DNA of 43,794 bases from Thermomicrobiales bacterium. Lineage in GTDB: Bacteria > Chloroflexota > Chloroflexia > Thermomicrobiales > JALYUS01. Below are positions 36,432 to 43,794 of this stretch, piece by piece; the first letter of the stretch is position 1; each line of letters starts with the position of its first letter. Location of the stretch: assembly GCA_038230615.1 (NCBI GenBank), contig JBBRMX010000001.1, positions 1-43,794 on the forward strand. The letters run 5' to 3'. The position numbers and the translations under genes are program-made. Under the pieces are notes generated by a model, which saw nothing but the letters and a program-made list of their open reading frames with translations, was not told the origin of the DNA and did not search any database.

Positions 36432-38132
36432 CTACCCGCAGGGAATATCCAGTTTGGATTCGCGGATGACTTTCTGCGTATACGCGAGAATTTCGGTCTG
36501 CTCGTCTTTGATGTAGGTGTCGAGGTCTTTCTGGCCGAGCAGATATGCTTGGAAGTTCGGCAACCAGTCTGGGCGGTTGCCGTAGAACCACTGCATGTTG
36601 TTATACAACTGCGTCGGGTTCTTGCTAAACAACGCGAGGCGCGGGTCGTCCAGTTTCACGTTCGGGTTGATCGGCAGATCGTAACTCGGCTTGACGTAGA
36701 TCGCCTGAATCTCCGGCGTCGTCATCCACTGGAGGAAGTCTATCGAGATCGCCTCTGCGCCGGGGTCTTTGTCCTGACGGATTTCAGGAATGGCGATATT
36801 GTATGCTAGCCCGTTCTCGCCGTCATCTGCTATCTTGCCCGCATCTTTGGCGAGGTCGGCACCGAATGTCTCGGCGTCCGGTTGCGGCGTCGGGAATGCA
36901 CCCACCTCGAATGTTTCCAACCCTTCGCCCTTTGCCTCATCAATGCGTCGCAGGATCGTCTGCCCCTGCGTACCGGGGGTTCCCTGCCAGAGCGCGGCTT
37001 TCTGGGTGAGGAAGAGCTGCTCGATGTCGCCCGCCTTGAGCGTCGTGCTGCCCGTCGGCCAGTAGGCGAACATGCGCTTTGTCACTTCCGCCGCCTTGCG
37101 GTTGTGTGGCGTATCCATCTTCCATGCGCCGGAGCAAAGTGCTTTGAATTTGGTGGCGTCGTCCGCAAATATCTTGCCGCCGCTCAACTCATTCCATGCC
37201 TTGTGGCCGATAGAGATCAATGTCACCCAGTAGGTGTGCGACAGCGCGAAGGCGTCGCCGGTGCGGGCAATCGGGATCGTGCCGGACGCCTTGAGCTTGT
37301 CGAGTACTTTGAAGAAGTCTACCCATGTCTTCGGCTCGTCCGCCTCGGTCAGCCCCGCTTTTTTCCACAGATTCTTGTTGTAGAGCCACGCCGCTTTATA
37401 GCGCGTGAGCGGGACGCGATACTGCTGCTTCAGTGAGCCGAGAAAGAGTTCGAGCGAACCGTCCGCGAAGTCTTGCCGCCATGCTTTATTGGTATATGGC
37501 GAGGGCTTGTCCAGATAGGGCGTCATGGAGATGTACGGCGAGGTATTCGTCGCTTCCTGCGAACTCGTGGTACCGTCGAAATGCCCGGAGAGTGTCGGGA
37601 CATTCTTCGCGGCGACGCGGGTGCGTATCCACTGTGTCAACTCATCGAACGACGATCCCGGTACGCGAGTCCATTCTAGCGTGACGCCGGGGTGTTCCTT
37701 CTGGTAGCGGTCTACAAGTTGCTGGAACACCACGGTGCTCGGATCATCCTTGCCATTCGAGAGCGGTGCGGCGGGCTGACGGGCGATGGTGACTTTGCCT
37801 TTGAGTTCGGGTCGGGTCATGGTGATCGCAGGGCTTGCGGCAGCAACGGCGGCAGTTGTCGGGGCTGCCGCTGATCCTGCGGGCGCGGCGGCGGTCGTTC
37901 CGCTCCCGCCGGTGGCGACGGTCGCTGCGGCGGGCGCGGCTGCGGTGGTCGGTGTCGTGATGACGACCTTCGCCCCGCTCGCACTTGTGGCGGCGGCACC
38001 CGTCGTGGCGGTCGGGGCAGTGTCGCCGCCGCACGCGGCGAGGATACTGCCTGCTGCCACACTTGCGACCCCACCCAAGAATGCCCTGCGACGCAATGTG
38101 TGAACCGGACGATTAACCGAGTTACTGCCCAT
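36432..38132 (-). CDS. Extracellular solute-binding lipoprotein, family 1 (sugar-type ABC binding protein), orphan
   Basis: MGSNSVNRPVHTLRRRAFLGGVASVAAGSILAACGG gives a Tat-type signal plus lipobox. About 70 aa of A/T/P tether follow, then a globular binding-protein domain. No adjacent permease or ATPase genes. The 779-aa track ORF is over-extended by 213 codons. Confidence 0.82.
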   Translation of the reverse strand: MGSNSVNRPVHTLRRRAFLGGVASVAAGSILAACGGDTAPTATTGAAATSASGAKVVITTPTTAAAPAAATVATGGSGTTAAAPAGSAAAPTTAAVAAASPAITMTRPELKGKVTIARQPAAPLSNGKDDPSTVVFQQLVDRYQKEHPGVTLEWTRVPGSSFDELTQWIRTRVAAKNVPTLSGHFDGTTSSQEATNTSPYISMTPYLDKPSPYTNKAWRQDFADGSLELFLGSLKQQYRVPLTRYKAAWLYNKNLWKKAGLTEADEPKTWVDFFKVLDKLKASGTIPIARTGDAFALSHTYWVTLISIGHKAWNELSGGKIFADDATKFKALCSGAWKMDTPHNRKAAEVTKRMFAYWPTGSTTLKAGDIEQLFLTQKAALWQGTPGTQGQTILRRIDEAKGEGLETFEVGAFPTPQPDAETFGADLAKDAGKIADDGENGLAYNIAIPEIRQDKDPGAEAISIDFLQWMTTPEIQAIYVKPSYDLPINPNVKLDDPRLALFSKNPTQLYNNMQWFYGNRPDWLPNFQAYLLGQKDLDTYIKDEQTEILAYTQKVIRESKLDIPCG

Positions 38133-38281
38133 ACGTGCTCCGATCGTGTGCAACGCCTGCTCCCCGCAAAATGGGGCTGCCCGTTCGCCCGTTTCGACCA
38201 CTGCATGAGTGGATTGTGATACGACTGCGCGATAATACCATGACTGGCATCGGTGCGGACACGATGCAACACAAGGACGAT

Positions 38282-38311
38282 TTGACGATTCTCTGCCCGC
38301 ATTGGTATCAT
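38282..38311 (+). promoter_or_regulatory. Candidate promoter of the Dpp/Opp-like operon
   Basis: TTGACG (38282..38287), an 18-nt spacer, then TATCAT (38306..38311) preceded by TGG (extended -10). This predicts a leader of about 90 nt that contains a 20-bp palindrome. Confidence 0.5.
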
Positions 38312-38409
38312 TCCCCTCTAAGAATAGGAAATATGTGTGCGATGCGGTGCCGCATCGCATTTTATGCATCATGACATCACCGCGTTTCGGCAATGTAAGG
38401 AGTGGGACA

Positions 38410-40230
38410 GTGAGTAACATGCAGCGTCGTTCGTTCCTCGCGGGTCTCGCCGCCGCAGCGGGGGCAGCCGTGCTTGCCGCGTGTGGTGGCGATACGACCT
38501 CTCCCACCGCCACGACTGGTGCCATCCCCGCGCAAACATCATCTGCCGGAAGTGCAGCCGCCCCGACGACTAGTGCGACGGTTGCCGGTGGCGCAACGAA
38601 GCCTGCGACAACCATCACTACCACGGGCGGCGCGACAACTGCCCCCGCTGCCGCGACGCAACCGGCGAGTAGTGCCGCATCGGGAGTTGCGGGGCCAACT
38701 GCCGCCGCTGCCCCGGCAACGATCCCGAAGGGCGGCGCGATTACCCTCACAAGCGTCGGGACGGACGCCAAGAGTTTCCATCCCTACCTCACGACGGATT
38801 CGCCCTCCGCGACGTATCAGGGATATATCTACAGCGGCTTGACTGACCTCGACCCGATCAGCCTCGATCTGCGGGGGCAACTCGCGGAAAAGTGGGTGCT
38901 CTCCGATGACAAGAAGACGGTGACGTTCATGCTTCGTGACGGCCTAAAGTGGAGCGATGGTGCGCCGCTTACCTCCGCAGACTTCATCTGGACCTATCAG
39001 CAGGTGACCAAGAAGGAAAACAAATACCCGTACCTACAAAACCTCGATCCGATCGTGTCATACGAGGCGAAAGATGCCCGCACGATTGTCGTGACGCTGG
39101 ACGAGGCGATTTCTACTGCGGTCGAGCAGGCGGACGCGGTAAGCCCGCTTCCGAAACATGTCTGGGAAAAGCTCGACTGGAGCGATCCGGCGAAAAACCC
39201 GGAGATCAACGCCCCGACGATGAGTTGCGGTATGTGGAAACTGAAGGAATGGAAAAACGGCGACCATGCAACCTTTGTTGCTAACGACAATTACTACGAC
39301 GGACGCCCGAATATTGATTCCTTCACGGTGCGTATCTTCGGTACACAGGCGTTGGCGTATCAGGCGTTGAAATCGGGCGAGGTGGATTTCTCCGGCTTCC
39401 AGCCCGCCGACTACAAAGAAGCGAAGACGCTGCCGAATATCAATGTGTACGAGTATTACCTCGCACGCGGGTCGTGGAATTACCTCGGCTTCAACCTCCG
39501 ACGCCCCACATTGAAAGACCCGCTCGTGCGGAAGGCGATCTGCTACGCCACCGACCGGCAAGGGATCATTGACGGGGTGGCGTTCGGTCTCGGTCGCCCG
39601 ACGTATTCCAACCTACCGCAATCGAGTTGGGCGTACAACGACAATGTAGAGAAGTACAACTTCGATGTGAAAAAGTCACAAGACCTGTTCAAGCAGGCGG
39701 GGTACACACTCAACGGCAAGAAACTGACGAAAGATGGGCAGCAGTTGTCGGTCAAGTATCTCTATGCTACCGGCAGCAAGGTGGCTGAGGGCATCGCTAC
39801 GGTCATGCAGCAGCAACTGGGCGATCTGGGTATCGCGGTGGACGCCCAAGCATTGGAGTTTCAAGCACTCCTCGAAGCGACCAAGAAAGAGCCGTTCGAC
39901 TGGGACATCTTCTCCGGCGGCTGGTCGAGCACGACGAACCCCTACTTCACGTATCAAATCTGGTCAGAACGCTCGATTCCCGATCTGAACCGGGGCGGCT
40001 ATATCAATACGCAAGTCGAGATGCTCTACGCTCAGGCGCAAAAGGAGTTCGACCGCGAGAAGCAGCGGGTGATTTACGCGCAGATACAGAAGATCATCGC
40101 GGACGATGTACCGTATGTCTTCCTGTATGAAAACCTCTCTTATAGCGGTCTGAACAAGCGCATTGGTGGGATCACCCCGACGAAGCGCGGCATCACGTAC
40201 AACATGCACAAGTGGTATGTCACAAAATGA
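38410..40230 (+). CDS. ABC transporter substrate-binding lipoprotein, family 5 (peptide/nickel, DppA/OppA-like)
   Basis: VSNMQRRSFLAGLAAAAGAAVLAACGG signal, then about 85 aa of tether, then the family-5 core (LAEKWVLSDDKKTVTFMLRDGLKWSDGAPLTSADF). GTG 38410, with AAGGAG 7 nt upstream. Confidence 0.9.
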   Translation: MSNMQRRSFLAGLAAAAGAAVLAACGGDTTSPTATTGAIPAQTSSAGSAAAPTTSATVAGGATKPATTITTTGGATTAPAAATQPASSAASGVAGPTAAAAPATIPKGGAITLTSVGTDAKSFHPYLTTDSPSATYQGYIYSGLTDLDPISLDLRGQLAEKWVLSDDKKTVTFMLRDGLKWSDGAPLTSADFIWTYQQVTKKENKYPYLQNLDPIVSYEAKDARTIVVTLDEAISTAVEQADAVSPLPKHVWEKLDWSDPAKNPEINAPTMSCGMWKLKEWKNGDHATFVANDNYYDGRPNIDSFTVRIFGTQALAYQALKSGEVDFSGFQPADYKEAKTLPNINVYEYYLARGSWNYLGFNLRRPTLKDPLVRKAICYATDRQGIIDGVAFGLGRPTYSNLPQSSWAYNDNVEKYNFDVKKSQDLFKQAGYTLNGKKLTKDGQQLSVKYLYATGSKVAEGIATVMQQQLGDLGIAVDAQALEFQALLEATKKEPFDWDIFSGGWSSTTNPYFTYQIWSERSIPDLNRGGYINTQVEMLYAQAQKEFDREKQRVIYAQIQKIIADDVPYVFLYENLSYSGLNKRIGGITPTKRGITYNMHKWYVTK

Positions 40231-40323
40231 GCGACGAGGGGCAGGGAACGCGAACGATCTCGCCGCTCGGTGCATTGTCGTCGCTGATTCTTGCCCCCTG
40301 TTTCTACTCCCGTAGGAGATGGT

Positions 40324-41268
40324 ATGGGTCGTTTCATCGTCCGTCGGTTTTTTCAATCGTGCTTGCTGCTGCTCGGCGTGGCGACGATGAGTTTCTCGCT
40401 AATTCATCTCGCCCCCGGCGGGCCGGAGGTCTTCAATGAGGACCCGCGCTTGCCCCGCGAGTACGCGCAGCAGCAACGCGCCGATTTTGGGCTGGATAAG
40501 CCTTTGCCGGTGCAGTATGTGATCTGGCTCGGTCAGGCGGCGCGGCTCAATTTCGGGCGGTCATTCGTAGACAAACGCCCCGTGACCGACAAAATCTTCG
40601 AGCGTGTGCCAAACACATTCCTGCTGGCGGGATCGAGTTTGCTGCTCGGCTTTCTGGGTGTGCCGCTTGGCGTTCTGGCGGCGTTGCGGCGCGGGAGGTC
40701 GTTCGACCACGCCACACGCTTCTTTACCGCGCTCGGCAATGCGACACCGCACTGGTGGCTCGGTCTCATTATCCTGCTCGTCTCGGCGCGAACAGTACAC
40801 TGGTTTCCGCTTGCAGGCACGCAGACAATCGGTGACGGCTCGTTGCTGGATCGCCTCCATCATCTACTGCTCCCCGCGCTACTCGGCGCGATTGGCGGCT
40901 GGATCGGGTATTCGCGGCTCGTGCGCTCGGAGTTTCTGGAGGTTTCCACGCAGGATTTCGTCCGCACCGCCCGCGCAAAAGGATTGCCGGAGCGTAGCGT
41001 GATCGTGCGGCACACCCTGCGGAATGCCCTGCTGCCCGTTGTAACATCGCTCGGTGGGTTGTTGACGGTGGTGCTTTCCGGCTCGTTGCTGTTCGAGACC
41101 ACATTTTCGTGGCCCGGTATCGGTAGGCTGGCATACGAAGCGGCGCAGCAGCGTGATTACCCCGTCGTGATGGCACTGACGATTTTCACCGCCGCGCTTT
41201 CGATTCTCGGCAATTTCTTTGTAGACATTGCCTACACGTTCGTTGACCCGCGCGTGCAGTACGAATAG
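40324..41268 (+). CDS. ABC peptide-type transporter permease (DppB/OppB-like)
   Basis: MGRFIVRRFFQSCLLLLGVATMSFSLIHLAPGGP is the typical N-terminus. EAA region TARAKGLPERSVIVRHTLRNALLPV. AGGAG lies 5 nt upstream. Confidence 0.9.
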   Translation: MGRFIVRRFFQSCLLLLGVATMSFSLIHLAPGGPEVFNEDPRLPREYAQQQRADFGLDKPLPVQYVIWLGQAARLNFGRSFVDKRPVTDKIFERVPNTFLLAGSSLLLGFLGVPLGVLAALRRGRSFDHATRFFTALGNATPHWWLGLIILLVSARTVHWFPLAGTQTIGDGSLLDRLHHLLLPALLGAIGGWIGYSRLVRSEFLEVSTQDFVRTARAKGLPERSVIVRHTLRNALLPVVTSLGGLLTVVLSGSLLFETTFSWPGIGRLAYEAAQQRDYPVVMALTIFTAALSILGNFFVDIAYTFVDPRVQYE

Positions 41269-41275
41269 GGGACGC

Positions 41276-42193
41276 ATGAGCCAGACTGACGCCACCGCTC
41301 TGCGTTCTCTCGCACCCACGACCGCTGCGGCATACCGCAGCGACAGTTTCGCGCGTGCGGCGTGGGGGCGGTTCCTGCGGGATCGGTTCGCGGTCGCCGC
41401 GCTCGTGATTTTTGTGCTGATCGCGGCGATCTCATTCACTGCGCCCCTTATCACTGCCAACATTCTCCATTCGGACCCCAACCGTGGGCGACTGACGCAG
41501 AAATTCAGGTCGCCAGACCGCGAGCACCCCCTCGGTACGGACGATTTCGGGCGCGACCAACTGGCGCGTTTGCTCCACGCGGGGCAGGTGTCGCTCTCCA
41601 TCGGGTTTCTCTCCGCGTTTGTCTCGCTCGCCATCGGGGTATCGCTGGGAATGCTTGCTGCGTATTACGGGCGGTGGGTGGACGATGCGATCAATGCGCT
41701 GGTGCAGATGTTCAACAACATCCCGACTCTCTTTTTGCTCATTCTGCTCTCGATCATCTTCCGTCCGTCGGTGGTCGGGCTGGCATTTCTGATCGGACTG
41801 ACGGGCTGGACGGGGACGACGCGACAGGTGCGGGCGCGGGTACTCTCCGAACGGCGGCGTGATTATGTGGACGCCGCCATTGTGATGGGCGCACGCACCC
41901 GGCGGATCGTCTACCGACACATTCTGCCGAATGTCAGTTCGCTCGTGCTCGTCTTTGCAGGGTTCGATATCATCGGGGCAATCATCAGCGAGGCAGGCAT
42001 CAGTTACCTCGGGTTCGGTGTGCAGATTCCCACCGCATCGTGGGGCAACATGCTCTCGAAATCGTTCGACTACTTCACTATTGCACCGTGGCTCATCATC
42101 GCGCCGGGGGTAATTGTGGTGCTCACTGAACTTTGCCTCTTTCAACTGACCGACGGGTTGCGCGACGCGCTCGACCCGCGTCTGAAATCGTGA
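41276..42193 (+). CDS. ABC peptide-type transporter permease (DppC/OppC-like)
   Basis: PLGTDDFGRDQLARLLHAG is the OppC N-terminal motif. EAA region AAIVMGARTRRIVYRHILPNV. Confidence 0.9.
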   Translation: MSQTDATALRSLAPTTAAAYRSDSFARAAWGRFLRDRFAVAALVIFVLIAAISFTAPLITANILHSDPNRGRLTQKFRSPDREHPLGTDDFGRDQLARLLHAGQVSLSIGFLSAFVSLAIGVSLGMLAAYYGRWVDDAINALVQMFNNIPTLFLLILLSIIFRPSVVGLAFLIGLTGWTGTTRQVRARVLSERRRDYVDAAIVMGARTRRIVYRHILPNVSSLVLVFAGFDIIGAIISEAGISYLGFGVQIPTASWGNMLSKSFDYFTIAPWLIIAPGVIVVLTELCLFQLTDGLRDALDPRLKS

Positions 42194-42206
42194 CAGGCTG
42201 GTACAG

Positions 42207-42240
42207 TTGCCCCATCACATTTGCCCAGTACATTTGCCCA
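42207..42240 (+). repeat. Short direct repeats in the intercistronic spacer
   Basis: TTGCCC occurs at 42207, 42221 and 42234. ACATTTGCCCA is duplicated exactly at 42217..42227 and 42230..42240, a 13-nt period. CAGTAC occurs at 42226 and 42242. Confidence 0.6.
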
Positions 42241-42376
42241 ACAGTACGGGGGCGTGATTGTGGGCGAGACGGAACCCCGGAGACGAATACCTGACCCTCT
42301 CGACAACCGATCATGCACCGTTCACAATAGAGGTCGTTCCGCGTACATATCCGATTAGAGACATGCGAGGGTGCAC

Positions 42377-43794
42377 ATGCAGCGCAACGTAAGCCGACGA
42401 TTCTTCCTTTCGGGGGTGACCGCCACCGCGAGTGCGGCGATTCTCGCAGCGTGCGGCGGCGAAACCGCCTCAACCGCCACCACGGGTGCGGCAGCCGCGA
42501 CGACCGCCCCCGCAAGCGCGGCGTCCGCTGGGGCAGCGACGGCAATTCGCCCTGCCGCTGCCGCAACCACCGCCCCGGCAACTGGTGCTGCTACTACTGC
42601 CCCTGCTGCGTCGGCTGCAGCGATGCCGGCGGCGTCCGCTGTGGCGACTGGTTCGGCTGCCCCCGCAGCGGGCGCACCGGCAGCGGGTGGCGTGAAGGCA
42701 CAATACGACCTCACTGGCATCAAGAAGGGCGGCACGATCATCGAGGGCGGCACGGCGGATGTTCGTACGTTCAATCCTGTTTTGCAGAGCGACACAACGT
42801 CCGGGCTGTTGAACGGTCTCATCTATGACCGCCTCGTGGATATTGACCCCGACACGCTGCAGCCAATCCCCAATCTCGCAACCAAATGGGAAGCGGGAGC
42901 GGACGGTAAATCCTACACCTTTACGCTGAAAACAGGCGTGAAGTGGCATGACGGTACGCCCTTCACGGCGGACGATGTGAAGTTCACCTTCGATTCCTAC
43001 GCGAACGGCGAAACTGGCTCCGCTCGTGCTGGCACGATGAAACTGCACGTTGCGTCGGTCGAGGCGAAAGACCCACAGACGGTCGTGTTCAATCTCAAGG
43101 ATGTAGTGGCAAACTTCCTCGTCAGCGAGGCGAACTACAGCATCATCTCGAAAGGCGCGTTCGGTGCAGTCGCTCCGAAAGACTTCCGCACCAATGAGTT
43201 CAGTACCACTAAGCCCCTCGGTACCGGACCGTTCAAGATGAAATTGTACAAGCAGGGTGAAAATGTCACGCTTGCCGCAAACCCGGATTATCACCGGGGT
43301 GCACCCGCCCTCGACACCTACATCTATAAGATCGTCAAAGACACGACGACGATCCTGCAGCAACTCAAGACAGGCGAGACGGACTATGCCGCGCTCACCG
43401 CCGATGTCTACGACGACGCCAAAAAATCCGCAAACCTGAATGTCGTGGACTACGACACATTCTCGTTCGTGTACTACGGCTATCAACTCGATCCGGCGAA
43501 GTCTACGCTCTTTCAGGATGTAAAAGTACGGCAGGCACTCGCGTATGCCCTTGACCGCGAGACAATTGTGAAACGCGTGCTGAACGGTCTTGGGGTAGTC
43601 GCGCAGGGGACGATGCCCACGCTCTCATGGGCATACCAACCCGCGAAAGTAACAACCAAATACACCTTCGACACGAAGAAAGCCGAGCAACTGCTCGACG
43701 AAGCAGGCTGGAAGAAGGGCGCGGACGGCATCCGTGCGAAAGACGGCAAGCGGTTTTCTTTCTCCATGTGGACCTTCAGCGGTAACAAAATCTA
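42377..43794 (+). CDS. Second family-5 ABC substrate-binding lipoprotein. The 3' end runs off the right edge of the window.
   Basis: Absent from the ORF track because it is open-ended. My translation gives MQRNVSRRFFLSGVTATASAAILAACGG, then about 85 aa of A/T/P tether, then GGTIIEGGTADVRTFNPVL...LATKWEAGADGKSYTFTLKTGVKWHDGTPFTADDV. GAGGG lies 5 nt upstream of ATG 42377. Confidence 0.9.
   Translation, partial: MQRNVSRRFFLSGVTATASAAILAACGGETASTATTGAAAATTAPASAASAGAATAIRPAAAATTAPATGAATTAPAASAAAMPAASAVATGSAAPAAGAPAAGGVKAQYDLTGIKKGGTIIEGGTADVRTFNPVLQSDTTSGLLNGLIYDRLVDIDPDTLQPIPNLATKWEAGADGKSYTFTLKTGVKWHDGTPFTADDVKFTFDSYANGETGSARAGTMKLHVASVEAKDPQTVVFNLKDVVANFLVSEANYSIISKGAFGAVAPKDFRTNEFSTTKPLGTGPFKMKLYKQGENVTLAANPDYHRGAPALDTYIYKIVKDTTTILQQLKTGETDYAALTADVYDDAKKSANLNVVDYDTFSFVYYGYQLDPAKSTLFQDVKVRQALAYALDRETIVKRVLNGLGVVAQGTMPTLSWAYQPAKVTTKYTFDTKKAEQLLDEAGWKKGADGIRAKDGKRFSFSMWTFSGNKI

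Noticed and set aside
38133-38771. N-terminal 213 codons of the 779-aa track ORF (36432..38771)
   Set aside because: This extension runs through the divergent intergenic region and antisense across the neighbouring gene's signal and tether region. A proper Tat/lipobox N-terminus begins at 38132.
40232-40290. A-B-A'-B' arrangement of complementary segments (AGCGACGA, GGGGCA, TCGTCGCT, TGCCCC) suggesting a pseudoknot between the binding-protein and permease genes
   Set aside because: The helices are short (6-8 bp) in a GC-rich background, so chance complementarity is likely. I cannot check conservation.
42470-43486. 338-aa minus-strand ORF, plus several 85-155 aa ORFs at 42123..42828
   Set aside because: They are antisense or off-frame to the open-ended family-5 binding-protein gene that the track omitted. 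They are driven by the GC-rich Ala/Thr tether region.

Overview
This is a high-GC window: sampled 60-nt lines give about 65% GC. It is densely coding and looks like ordinary bacterial chromosome, not an obvious accessory island. I support about 37 protein-coding genes. Two are open-ended at the window edges and so are missing from the ORF track: an S8 subtilase at 1..2058 (-) and a second family-5 solute-binding protein at 42377..43794 (+). Many track ORFs are either 5'-over-extended or antisense shadow ORFs, as expected at this GC, and I trimmed starts using Shine-Dalgarno motifs, neighbouring stops and family N-termini.

Gene content, left to right:
- subtilase, then a decayed beta-helix gene stub
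- a 4-gene ABC importer
- an arsenic operon made of a NIP-like MIP channel, arsC and arsR
- a low-GC C39-like peptidase and a PAT/ArsN1-like GNAT
- an MBL hydrolase plus MscR-like alcohol dehydrogenase pair
- a TetR plus DHA2 MFS efflux pair with a readable promoter and operator
- ytxJ, a GH57 glucan enzyme and a flavoprotein disulfide reductase
- an enolase-superfamily / RraA-like / enolase-superfamily trio
- a P-loop kinase, then sua5-purE-purK
- glpK, an M20 peptidase, a long RecQ and glpD
- a DUF4031-like gene, an SDR and an S12 serine hydrolase
- an orphan sugar-type binding protein, then a Dpp/Opp-like unit of binding protein, two permeases and a second binding protein.

I found no rRNA, tRNA, CRISPR array, transposase, integrase or recognisable defence system. 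I cannot honestly point to a clearly novel multi-gene system. The items most worth a second look are:
- the NIP-like channel ars operon and its phased-repeat promoter
- the duplicated dehydratase plus RraA-like aldolase cluster, with a 7-nt periodic repeat in its leader
- a short GTAACGAG/AGTGAC motif recurring at three intergenic or intercistronic sites
- a conserved post-lipobox motif followed by 70-85 aa Ala/Thr/Pro tethers on all four solute-binding lipoproteins
- a RecQ with a roughly 290-aa helical-repeat N-terminal extension.

The Tat/lipobox tethered binding proteins, GH57, NIP-like channel and YtxJ are reminiscent of Chloroflexota. That taxonomic guess is inference only.
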